Below the pieces are notes generated by a model, which worked only from the letters and a program-made list of their open reading frames with translations, was not told the DNA's origin and did no database searches. 64,000 bases of DNA, from contig JALMLS010000577.1 in NCBI GenBank assembly GCA_038496445.1, positions 310,001-374,000 of the forward strand. Reading direction: 5' to 3'. Position numbers and translations under genes: made by a program. This DNA is from Trichosphaerium sp. ATCC 40318 (taxonomy: Eukaryota; Protista; Tubulinea). Below are positions 37,664 to 50,146 of the stretch, piece after piece (position 1 is the first letter of the stretch; each line of letters starts with the position of its first letter).

Positions 37664-37751
37664 ATTCGTTTCAAACAGTACCAGAAAACCAAGTACACTT
37701 ACTGTATTAACGCAACGAAGAACCTCGTTTTTGACCAAACATAAATTTTCT
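37664..37751. repeat. Short dispersed repeat (copy of 24015-24103)
   Basis: Direct alignment by eye. Confidence 0.7.
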
Positions 37752-38022
37752 GCAAAATACAGTGTCTTTGCGTACTACACGCGTAAGAATGTGTGTTTCA
37801 CAGTTCAAATGGAACAGTTAACTTCTACAAACGCTTTTTCATCCAAATGTTTATTAAACTACCTGTATTGTAAGTAAACCTTATCACGGCAATATCTAGC
37901 ACCCACTCAGGTAACTTTGAACCCATGGATGTGAGTATCATTTAAATTTGATAAAAGAGCGTATTTTCATGTCAAATTCGCGCGCCAAAATATAAAATCC
38001 CCGCGAAAACCGCACCATCTAG

Positions 38023-41000
38023 ATGTCGTATCGTATACAGAGTCTAGAGCTTCATAACTTTAAATCCTACAAGGGTAAAGTAATCGTGGGTATGTTCTAA
38101 ACGCTTTCGTTTGTATTTTGAACCAAATATTCGTTTATTAATAAATATAGGTCCTTTCAAGGATTTTACATGTATAATTGGACCTAATGGATCAGGTACA
38201 AAAAAGAAAAAAAAAGAAAAAGTTGAGCGTTTGGCGCTAAATTTTTTGAAAAGGTAAATCTAATATCATGGATGGCCTTTGCTTCGTTGTTGGTGTCCCT
38301 ACAGAGAAATTAAGAAGTGGAAATGAAAGAGTGCGTAGACAACCTTGTTTTTGCTTCTTAGTGATGTATATAGGAACTACTGTACCGCCCGAATCAAGAG
38401 TATACACCAAAGAAGGGTGATTACGCTCATGTAGCGATGACTTTAGAATCAATCGAGGACGGAACCACAATTGAGTTTAAACGCTTGGTAACTGCTAGAG
38501 GAACTAATAGATACTATCTTGACGATGACGAAGTAGCAAAAGAAGACTATGATGAACGTCTCGGTGTACGCATATTTTAAAAACGCTCAAACGGCTCCTC
38601 AGGGCAAATACAACGATTAACTGCGTTTTAACGCTATTTTAAACGCTTTTCATCCGATAATTCTTCATCAATCTTACTTTTCGTTAAGGAGGTCGGCATT
38701 GACGTTAAAACACACAGCAATATTGTATTTCAAGGCGAGGTTGAGTCTATTGCAGCTCGTGATCCAAAACAACTATGTGAACTTTTCGAAGGCACGTTTT
38801 TTTTTAATTCCTTTAAAAAGCCATATTATCAATCGCATGGCCCTTTGTTCACCATTCTCTGGAGACACTATAGACTCGTTGTAGAAAAGTTTTCTTCATC
38901 CGATTGCTACTTTTTTCGCATCAACTTTTTGTGTTTGTAGTACTTATTTTTGATATCTAGATATCTCAGGATCTGCTCAGTATCGTATTGAATATAATAA
39001 GTGTAAAAGAGAGCTTCAAAAAGCTCAAGAAAATGAAACTTTTTACATTACAAGAAGCAAAGGTATTCAGGTATGTACAACGTAATTCTTGTTATAGTTG
39101 TATTACACATGCTCACATCATTGGATTTAGGCCGAAAAGAGACAATATAAACAACAAAGTAAAGAAGCAGAAGAATTTATGTCTAAACTACAAGAAAAGG
39201 TACGGTTGTCGCCTTGAGGCGTTCAACGCGTGAATTTGAGAAATGGTTTCTTTGTCCTATTTCTGACAGTCGTTTTTTTGAAAAGTTTTTTGGTTTTCTT
39301 TGAGACTCATTGTTCATCGCTCTTATGCTTTATGTTTAGGAACAAAAAGAGGTTAAATATGCTCTAGTACAATTACTAGATGTTGAGAGATCAGAACAAA
39401 AGGAAGAAGGGTTCCTAGAAGAGCAACTCAAGAACAAGAATTCGGCAAAGAAAAAATACGATTTTGTCAACACTGAGATTGCTAAACGCAAGGGAGAACT
39501 CGCAAAGCTTATAAAATCATGCCGTGCTGCTGAAAGAAAGCTTAGAGCTCAAGAAAAGAAATTGTTCGATATGGATGAACACGTCAAAACAAAGCAACAA
39601 ATCTCTCGCCTTGAGAAACAAATCAAGTCAAGTAATAAGAAGTTGGCGATAATCGAGGAAGAAGTAGAAAAAAAGAACGAGAATGTTAAGTCGTTAGAAG
39701 CTCAGTTAGAAGAATTGGATGGTGCAGAACAAGAATGGGAAGATATTAAACAACAACAAGACCCTGATTTGGCACTAACAGATGATCAGTTGGAGAGATA
39801 CAATCAAATGTATGTTTAAGTCAATATTATTATCTTGTGACTTAACACTTCTTTCTAGAAAAGGAGAAGCTGGTGCTCAGACTGCTAGGCGCAGACAAGA
39901 TTTAGCTAATAAGCAACGTGCACAGAAACTCGTAAGGTAAGCGATCTAATCAGTATTTTGGTTTTCTGTGGAAGCTCACTGTTGTAACAAAGGGAGAAAT
40001 TGACTGGTGTTGAGCAAGAAATTGCAGCTCTTACTCAACAAAGAAAAAAGCTTGAAGAAGAGCAAGAAACTCTTTCAAAGCGTAAGGACTCTCAACAAAA
40101 TGTACAATCCGAACTATCTGTACAACGTGCTACTCTTGGCGGCGAGATTGATAAACTCCAAGAAGACGCAAGAGATGCAAAGTAAGGGCTTTTTTTTTCT
40201 TTTTTCTGTTTTTTCCTGTTTTTTTCTTGTTTGCTGTATTATTCATGTTGTGCTTAGGGATCGTCAACAAAAATTATCTGAGGAGCTTAAACAACTACAA
40301 GAGGTCCTAAAGGAGGCTAAAACACAAATGAAGGCTTCAGACCGCGAAACCAAAATGAAAGAAATGGTTGAAGCATTGAAGCGTTTTGACGCTGGTGTTT
40401 TCGGTCGCGTTGGAGATTTGATTAAACCTGCTGATGTCAAATATGCTACTGCGCAGCAAGTCAGTTTTGGTAATCACATTAATTCTATCATTACACGCGA
40501 TAATAACACAGCCATTGCGTGCATTAAGTACCTTGAGGTATGCCATAAACTTTTGTTTTGAGTTTTTTTTTTTACAACGGCTTCGTATCAGTTTACTTAC
40601 TGTTCCTTGATTTAGGATAAACGTATTGGTAATGCTACGTTCCTACCTCTAGACACTATTAAAGTACCAAATATACCAAGTACATTACGTAACATTGGAA
40701 GTGAGGTTACTCAACCTCTCATTGATGTTTTAAAGTTTCAGAAGGTAGATTTTTTTTTTATTTTTATTTTGTTTTGTTTTATTTTTGCTCTGTTTTTTTG
40801 TTAACTCGTTGCTATGTAGATTTATGAACGTGCTGCTGCACATATCTGTGGTGATACACTTGTAACAGAATCTATTGATGAGGCTACTAATATTGCTTTC
40901 AGTGGTAGAGAAAGACGTCGTGGTACGTACTTTTATTTGTGGATTGTCTTTTTTGAGTTATATTTTTTGTTGCTAATTTGGTTGTTTAGTTGTTACAATT

Positions 41001-43576
41001 GATGGCGCATTGATCAACAAAACCGGTTTTATGACTGGTGGTACTACCAGCACAGGTAAAAAAAGACCAAAGCGTTGGACAGTGAAACAAGTTGAAGGTT
41101 TGTACATGATTCATGTGTAAGTGTGCAGTTGTTTAACAAATTGTTTAGATAAGAAAAAGCAGCGTGACCAGAAACTAGCAGAACTCGCTAATATTGGTAA
41201 TCGATTGAGAGCTCTAACAAAGGAACAACAATTGAACGCTCAAAGAGCTCAGATTCAAGCAAAATTGACTTACGTTCAAAAGGACTTGGTACGATTTTTT
41301 AACTTTTTCACATTTTTTTTCTTTGTTGTGCTGACCTTTCTTCTTAGCAATCTACTAATAAAATGCTTGATGATGTTCGGGAGAGGATACAAAATAATGA
41401 AGATGCTATCAAACAAAAAGAACCAAGCAAAGAAGAAGTACGCGAATGACAACTTGCTTTGAATTTCTTGTTTTTTTCTTATTTTTTAAATTAAAACTAT
41501 TGAATGCTAACTGGTTTTTCTTAGCTCCAAGAAACCATTGAAGCTAATGATGAAGAAATTAAAGAAATGGAAGATGATATCTTCACTGCTGAAGATGAAA
41601 GTTTCAAAGATTTGAGCAAAGAGCTAAACATTAAGAATATCCGCGAATACGAGGCTAACAGACAACGTTTCAAAAAGGAGGATATCGAAAAGACTTTACA
41701 ATTTTCTACACAACGTTCTCGTATTACAAACTTGTACGTTGAAGACATTCGAATTACAAAAAACAAAGAACAATTTGAGTTTGTTTTTTCATTGAAAAAG
41801 AAATTTGGTTTGTTTTCGTTTTTTTTTTTGCTTCCAATGCAGTTGACTTATGTTTTTTTGTTTTAGGTTGAACTACGAGCAAGAGCGTGACTTGGATGCT
41901 CAAGTTGAAGCCGAACAGACTAGACTTGATGAAGCTACAGATGAATTAAAGAAACTACGTAAAGAGTATGCTAAACAAGAAGAAAAGCTCGAAGCTGCAC
42001 AAGAAAAAGTAAAAGGACTAAAACAAACTTATAATGGTACGCGTAGAAAGACTTTAAATCAAAACCTCCCATGCTGTCTACGTGCAACAAACGCGTGAAA
42101 CTTGTTGATTTTTTTTTTCCTTTTTGGGCTGAAAAAAGTCACAAAATGCTAATCCTGTTTATAGCTGCTCTACAAAAAGTTCATGATAAGGATGCAAGCG
42201 TAAGAGGTATTAAGAAGGGTCTCAGTGATGCTAGAGATAAGTTGAACCAAACTGAAGAGCAAATCACAATCATTGAAGCTCGTATTGAACAACTCAAGAA
42301 CAAGCGCCATAACATCCTACAACAATCTAATGTTCAACAAGTCGATATTCCACTCACTGATAACAGTGATGAGTTACCTGAATTCGATGATGATGTTAGC
42401 ATTGATGAAGTTTACGATGCTGAAGCTGATCTTGAGTTTGACTATGGTGCCGATTTATTGAAGGTAAGAATTTCGCCCAAAAGAAAATGATTTTTTTTTG
42501 TTGTTTGTTTGCAACTACGCGCTACCTAAAACCCGTTTACTGTATTCCAATGGTTTCTTGAGTATTAAATATACGTAGTTGAAAGGAAATGCTTTGCGCG
42601 TAAAGGGTCAAACGTTCCTAGAGAGAATTCAAGAAATATCAGCCGAGCTTGATAGGGTACTATTTTATATCCTATAAACTGAGCGCTTACATTGGTTTAG
42701 TTGGCTCCTAACTTGAAAGCTGGTGATCGTCTTGAAGCTGTCAAAGGTCGGTTAGAAGATACCAACCAAGTCTTGAGTGACTCTAGAGCAAGTCGTAGAG
42801 CTCTAAGAGCTGCTTTTGTTGCAGTAAAAGAGAAACGGTATGTTACAACTACTCGCTACAATATGACCCTTTTCTTACGTTCTTTTAGTAATGCTGCGTT
42901 TAAAAAAGCGTTTGATCATGTTAAAAACAAGATTGATTTCGTTTACAAGCAACTCACAGGCGGATCTGGTACAGCGTACCTTAATCTTGATGATCAACTT
43001 GAACCATACCTTGGTGGTGTCAGATACCATGCCATGCCTCCTAAGAAGACTTTCCGTGATATTGAACAGGTACGCGTTTAAGACAAAGGAAGAAAAGAGC
43101 TTCTTTAGATGCGGTTTCAGATTTTTTTACTTTTCTCAGTTTTGTGGCTTGTTCTCACCTTCATTTTAGCTCTCTGGTGGTGAGAAGACACTAGCAGCAT
43201 TAGCACTACTGTTTGCACTGCAAAGGTACGCTTACAAACCTCTCACAGCTGATTTTGTTTGAATTTTTTTAAAATTTTTTTTGAATTTTTTTTTCTTCGT
43301 TTTACGTCCTCGAGTGTAGTTGAAATTCTAACTCTTTTGTTAAGTTACCAAAAGGTTCCATTCTTTGTTATGGATGAAGTTGATGCTGCTCTTGATGATA
43401 CAAACGTTAACTTGGTCGCTGAATACATTAAGAACCAATCAAGTGAATGTCAGTTTATTCTTATATCTTTGAAGGATAAATGCTTTGATAAAGCTACAGG
43501 ACTTGTTGGTGTAACAATTGAAAGTTCTGGAGCATCAAAAGTAATGACTCTAGACCTTACACAGTATGATGACTAA
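38023..43576 (+). CDS. SMC1: Structural maintenance of chromosomes protein 1 (cohesin), multi-exon
   Basis: MSYRIQSLELHNFKSY, Walker A GPNGSGKSN, VFQGEVESIA, hinge GVFGRVGDL...ATFLPLD, AMPPKKTFRDIEQLSGGEKT, PFFVMDEVDAALD, QFILISLK. Confidence 0.95.
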
Positions 43577-44181
43577 AAACGGGGAAAAAACCAAGAACGA
43601 AAAAGACCTATGACGCCAAAAGCTTGTACAGGGTTGCGAAGATGAATGTATTATAATAATAAAAAAAAAGACTTTTGCACCAAATTTAACAGCACGTGAA
43701 CAATATCTTTCAATAAAAAAGGCTGTTGTTGTTAGCAGTACACTGTACCTGTTGCATATGAGCAATACTCAAGTGTTTATCTGAGGAGTACAAGCATTCA
43801 GTTTTAAGGTTGTTTTCCCATTCTACGCTCTTTGTCATGCTCTTGCAATGTGGCACGAACATGGGCTACTTGCTGAACAATGTAAGTACGTCAATGGAGT
43901 TAAGGAACAGTAACTGCAACATTCATTATACACTATCCTTGTGCGAGTCTAGAGAAGTCCTGACTCCTACAAAGCATGGACATTCCATATAGTGAAAATA
44001 AAGTTGAAGCGTTTTTTTTCCAGCTTTGCGGAGATACCAAGGATAGTCTCTAGTAGTCAATAGTGTTAATGTTAATTATCTGAACGTGTATTTTTGTTAC
44101 CAGGCATTAACCTCCGGCTCTCTAAAGTATTACACACGTTTACAATATATTGTTGACGAGTGTTTGATCCATACATAAAAA

Positions 44182-45264
44182 ATGAACCAAGACACCGCAT
44201 ACTTTGAAGAAATACCAGTTGAAATCGCTTTAATGATACTACAATATCTTTCGCATGTGCATATAGACGTAATAGCGCATACATCAAAGCTATTTACTAA
44301 AATAGCAATAAGATACTTGGGATACAAAAAAAAAACAAAAAAAGTGAGAATAAAAACGAGGAAACAACTCAAAAAATTGTTCAAGAACGCACCGCTACTG
44401 ATAAAAAACTGTGAGATTATAATAGAATATGAAGGATTGAAACAAAAAGACTTGAAAAAGTATCTCTCAGAAGTGTACATCCTAAACATTTCGTCAAGAG
44501 AAATTGACACGTGGGATTTTTCGAAGATTAACATCACTCACGGTATCGCCTTTAACAAAGTTACTGTCACTGAAGAGCTACTAAAACAGGTATATGGATT
44601 ACATGAAATAAGACTGCTAAGATGTTTTTTACGTTTAAAATGCATGAAACAATTGACAGGGTCTAAAACTCTTGACCTGACAGGTTCTTATCTATATAAT
44701 CTTGGTAAAAACGATCACATCCGTATTAGAACATTTGACAAAGGTGTTAAGCTGTTATCAGGAGTCCATACAATAAACCTATCCCACACCAGCGTAACTG
44801 ATAAAGGTGTAAAAGCATTGGCAGGTGTTCATACAATATATCTCTCATCCACTAATGTGACAGATGCAAGTGTTGCTAGATTAGCAGGTGTTTATTCAAT
44901 TGATCTTTCACGTACTGCAGTTACAGATAAGGGTATTAAAGCACTTTCGGGAGTTCATACAATAAACCTATCTCGCACTAGTGTAACTGATGAAGGTTTA
45001 AAAGCATTAGCAGGTGTTCATACAATAGATCTCTCATACACTAGAGTGACAGATGAAGGTCTCAAATCATTGGTAGGCGTTCACACCATTGATCTATCAG
45101 AGGATGAAATTTCTAATGAAGGTGCAAAAGCATTGGCAGGTGTTCACACCATTAATCTATCATGTACTAAAGTGACTGATCCAAATATCAACGCAGTAGT
45201 TAGAGCCCATTCGATACAGCTAGACTTTTGCCCTTTGGAACTACCTAGCGACCAGTTAAGTTAA
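44182..45264 (+). CDS. F-box + LRR protein (LAGVHT type), intronless
   Basis: FEEIPVEIALMILQYL F-box and ~7 21-aa repeats. Confidence 0.85.
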   Translation: MNQDTAYFEEIPVEIALMILQYLSHVHIDVIAHTSKLFTKIAIRYLGYKKKTKKVRIKTRKQLKKLFKNAPLLIKNCEIIIEYEGLKQKDLKKYLSEVYILNISSREIDTWDFSKINITHGIAFNKVTVTEELLKQVYGLHEIRLLRCFLRLKCMKQLTGSKTLDLTGSYLYNLGKNDHIRIRTFDKGVKLLSGVHTINLSHTSVTDKGVKALAGVHTIYLSSTNVTDASVARLAGVYSIDLSRTAVTDKGIKALSGVHTINLSRTSVTDEGLKALAGVHTIDLSYTRVTDEGLKSLVGVHTIDLSEDEISNEGAKALAGVHTINLSCTKVTDPNINAVVRAHSIQLDFCPLELPSDQLS

Positions 45265-45664
45265 AAATCCATCCAGAAATAAAGCTACATTGTCCAAGTT
45301 TCATTGAATAAGTCAGTAAAACAATTCAAGAACAGACCTGACGTCATGTGGTTTGAAGCATCACAAATGATCTTTTCGCTTAAACAGTGTTATGATTTTT
45401 TTAAGGAGGGAGCCAGCTTGTTAATACTAGTATAGTGATTAGGTATGCGCTCTCCAACTCTAAATACCTACTTTTAGTGATTGTTTGAAGTTACGAGTTT
45501 GCTTTGGATTCGCAAGAGTCTTTAGACTGCACACAGACGCTTTCTGTTACAAAGTCGATTAATCGCGTTTGTCGCTTAAAATCACGTGTTTTTTTTTGCT
45601 AATAACGCACTACACGTGCGAACAGAAATCATCGTTCTACTTCATCAATTACAGCATCTGTTGT

Positions 45665-47935
45665 ATGTTTTTTTCTGTTGAACTTTTAGTTAAGGGTGAA
45701 GGTGTATTTGCAACAATATGGTTAGTATTACCTTGTTTAAAAGTAAACATAAACCTAGGCTTGCAGCTCATTGGAATGGTGACCAGAAGCTATCAAAGAG
45801 GGCTGTTCTTGAAGCAGATATTACCAAATTATGGTAAAAAAAAAATTATTTTGATTTTACACTTTCGTATAATTAATCAATATGTCAAAATCTAGTGCGA
45901 GCCTTAGCTCTCCGACTGTTAAACTAGCTCTAAGGCTACAAGCACAGTTATTCTATGGGTTGGTAGTGGTATTAAACAAGCGAGCAACGTACTTTTTGAG
46001 TAAGGACAAACAACTTCGTAATGTCAGCACTTTATCTAATACCTAGTTCAAGGATCTGCTTTGGATTGTATGAGCGCTTTTCGCAAACAAAAACCAATTT
46101 GTATTAATCTGGCAAAACCATTTGCGACTATCGGTTCAATTACACTCTCAGACAATGGTGGATATGAACATTTTCCAATTGAGTTTCCACCAGACTATGA
46201 CGACATTCCGGGCTCAATGTACGTTTCTAGAGTTATTTTCAACACAGTTACTAATACCTATCTACAGAGGAGGATATATAGACAGCTATGATGTGTTTGA
46301 TAAACCTGAAGGACCTAGAGGTACACGACTTTTGGCTGAACTTTATGAAAGAACTGGCAATGTGACTAACTGATTCAAAGGTGGAGCTTTTGGTAACATG
46401 CATGAACAATTCCAAAGGCGGCTATCTATAAAACAAGACCATATATCAATGAAAGAAATGGTGAATGACCTACTGGATGTACCTCTGTAAGCTATTATGT
46501 TCATACAATCGTTCTATTTTTAAATCCTAAACAAAACTTTGTTATTGTAGCGAACCTTTCGTTTTAGAGGATATGAATGGGGATGTAGATGACGTACAGC
46601 TAGAACCTTTAGAAATAGATTTAGATATACCAATGTCTCCTCAGGTACATAAAACACTATCAATAAAACCACAGTATGAACGTGTTGAGTGAACTCGACG
46701 TGTTCAATGTTGTAACATCCACCATAAAAAAAAATGACATAGTCCTTTGCGCTTTTGTATCTATCTCTAACTGCCTTCCTCAAAGACTGAACGAGACTGG
46801 AATTCACTACCTCCATATAACAGAACTAAGAGAAACTTAAGAAGGCTACAACGTGAGAAATATATCCGTATTGGTTCGTTATTCTTGCTTCTACTTGTTC
46901 TTTCTTTCCGCGTTTTTTCCTCATTGAGATTATAGATGAGTCACTGGAAATGACTTCCAAAAAACTGCAACAACACATATTAAACACTTCACCAATAGTG
47001 AGGAAAAGACAGACAATAATATCATCACCAGAGTACCATTGTTTTTCTACTGATTTTTTTTAACTTTTTTCACTGTTTTTTCTTGCATCTAACTTCGTGA
47101 TATCAGTCTACCATTACCTGGACAAATATTAGATGTTCCTGCAATGGGTACGTTGAATGAATCCATAAAGACTATATTCTAAGTAATATTTTACGTAACA
47201 GAGCTCAACACAACTTTTAAAAAACTGTGGGTTGGCGGAGCAAACTTTGGTGCTGGTGTAAATTCATTCGCTGACTTACATAATTCTCCTCCTCGAGCAC
47301 CTTATGAAGGTACCGATACCTCCTTCTGCGTATATTTAGTTTATATTTAATCATTGGAATAGATCTAGAAAATGGTAACATCGAAAGTAGTGATGAAGGT
47401 GGTAGTGATGCAGTTGAACATAGTTTCTATTTCGGTTGGTAGTTTTTTTTTTTTGCAGACAATAGTATGAAACTCACTTCTCAAAGCTATTTTCTTTTGT
47501 AGCTCCTGAGGATGACGACAATGACGTGATTATTATAAATAAATACTACCCACCTGCTGAAACCTTAACACATGATACTCGCATACCTCTCTCACTTGAA
47601 GCTCAGAGTGTGTTAAAGTACGTGCGATATCGACAAAAAAGGCTTTTGTCTGCAGACTTAGCTCAGAATCCACGAACTTTTAAAACCGTTTTTTAGGAGT
47701 ATAAATCATAGTTTCACAGCGGATGATGACTACGTAACTTTTGACCAGGTACGTATTCGTCAAAGGTAATATTTTTGATGTCTAATTGTATACTTTTCGG
47801 ATACAGGTTGTGAAAGGAAGAAATAGAAGTGAAGTTGCTAAATATTTTAATCATTGCTTGCTCCTTTCAGCACAACGAAGTGTAAAACTAAAACAGAACA
47901 AACCGTATGGACCAATATTGATAAAGAAGAGTTGA
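45665..47935 (+). CDS. Rad21/Rec8-family kleisin, Rec8-like (multi-exon)
   Basis: N-terminal MFFSVELLVKGEGVFATIWLAAH...LALRLQAQLFYGLVVV and C-terminal winged helix RSEVAKYFNHCLLL...KQNKPYGPILI*. Confidence 0.85.
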
Positions 47936-48167
47936 AACTGAGAGAACCTGTTTCTTTGTACATTAAATCAACAAAAAAAAAAAATCGCAACAAAACTCAA
48001 CTCGCTCTCGGACTGTTGTCTTGCCATATTTTAAGCTATGACATACAAGTTCCTTTTAAAAGGTTAATATTAGTCCAGCTGAGCTGGGCTAGGACCACTA
48101 CAACCTAAACAATAATGCTGTCTTTTTGAAATTTTTTTTATTGTTATGAGTTCTTAATGAAGTTGTC

Positions 48168-48767
48168 TTAGTATGAGAACATTGGCGTTTGGTAATAAGT
48201 ATGTAACACCAGAATTTTACCTCCTCTCTTCATCTTACATATAAACCTTGAATCACCAATAGATGCACCATTACCGCTTGTTGATGTTCTCCAAACAGAT
48301 AAAATATCAAAAATATTCGATTCATTTTGCACGTGATTAAAATAATCTTTTGCACCTTCAAGTAATGGTTTCCCATTTATCCATTTTGGAAATTTTCTTA
48401 CAAAACTAATAGGAGAAGATAACTTAGTGTAACGCGCTATTGCAGGCTCTTCTACAAAGTCAGTTTTAGTCAATTTCTGCTTCCAATGGAAAAAATCGAT
48501 TTCAAGGTCTGCTAGGTATTTTTCGTGTTTCTTTATGTCATCTATCCACTTGTACGTCATCTCAACGCGCGTGTGGCCGTATTTCTTGCCAGGAGAACAC
48601 ACTGAACCGCTCCATACCTTTAAAAAGAAGTCTAGAGTGTATCTTTGGCCAACTGCTAGCTCTAGCGTTGTTTTATTTAGAGCTGCGAACGTATTTAACC
48701 CATCATAGTCTAGAAACTCTAGTACGTTAATTGATAGTATCTCACGAGGTAATTTAAGCATTTTCAA
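48168..48767 (-). CDS. Hypothetical protein with F-box-like N-terminus
   Basis: 199-aa ORF starting LKLPREILSINVLEFLD; upstream exons possible. Confidence 0.55.
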   Translation of the reverse strand: MKMLKLPREILSINVLEFLDYDGLNTFAALNKTTLELAVGQRYTLDFFLKVWSGSVCSPGKKYGHTRVEMTYKWIDDIKKHEKYLADLEIDFFHWKQKLTKTDFVEEPAIARYTKLSSPISFVRKFPKWINGKPLLEGAKDYFNHVQNESNIFDILSVWRTSTSGNGASIGDSRFICKMKRGGKILVLHTYYQTPMFSY

Positions 48768-50146
48768 AGCTAAGCAAGCTATTAGACGCTAGTGCAGTGG
48801 TAATAAAATTAAATACGCTGCCAGTACTTTTCCTTACCTCTTAAAATAGTTTTGGAGACCTGTGGTTTCAAAGAAGAGGCAACTGACTCGAGTCGTGTCA
48901 ACAAGTGTCACTTCAATGAATGGAGCTGTTTGAACGAGCGTTCTCCTGAACAGGGTAGCGCATGGTGCAGGCAATGGGGCATGTGACGCACGACTGGACC
49001 GAGATAATAGTCTAGTGGTTACCAAGATACTTTCTCTTGGATAATTACAACATGACAAAGCGCAAAGGTTCATAACAGAGCCTTATATAGGCTTTGTAAC
49101 TCTCTTGGGTGGAATATTGTAACGTCTCAAAATTGTTCCAGAACACCTTGGAAAACTTGGTACCGCTTTGCAAGTACTGGAAGAATTTAGCAGGTATCCA
49201 AAGTTTGAAGATAATCGTTACGCTAACAACCAATGTGCGTGTACAATGTTGCAAGACAGAGGTAACCACGAATAAATTACTTTTATGGACTAAGTTACTG
49301 TAAACCGTAACTCAAGACTAGATTGGTAACATCTTCTTGTTAATGTTATAGCAATAAACGAACTATTAAAATAATTTTATGTTACAAACAACGCCAATAT
49401 GTCGCAAACTTTTGTTTGATGTTGAATCATGATAAATAGTGACTGAGGTTAATTTGTTGATTGAATATCTTAGCGTTTTTTTCCCATTTCAAAAAGTTAC
49501 CTCGTGCTTTCAAAAGGTTTGTCGTGTTAGATTGGATAACATTGTGATATAATGGATACACGCATGGGACAAGGCACTCGGTCTTTGGTGGCTGTAGTGT
49601 AGCCACACGAGCAATTTATTATGAAGACATTTTGAATTGCAAATGATCTACATCTTCGTATTGTATCACGTGTTTACCAATGCAGCTTTCATCTTCTTAA
49701 CCTTAGATTGTACACGTAAACTCACCCTAACATGGCTAGAAACTTAACTTCAAGATAACAACTAAACTAGTAGAGCTACGTTGTAAGCGTATAAACGGCA
49801 ACACCAAATCTCTACTTTGCTACGTACTCCGAGCATAATCGCACGTTATAGCAGTTGTTGTCGTAAAGATATTCTACAATACCTCTAAAACTATTAGAAT
49901 GCCGTGGGCATGTTTGCGTCCTTTATCATGACTACGTTGATGGATTAGCTTTCTGGATAAATATGATTACAAACGACAATTGTTGGCCTTTGATAACCCT
50001 GAATTCTACATTACGGATGTACTCAAGTTACCTAAGCCTTCACTGCCTAAACCATGTAAAGTCAAGCCGGTTCGTTCCAGCTAAAGCCAAAAACACTTTA
50101 GAAACAAAAAGCTACCAACAACTTATTACCCACGTGATATAATTTA

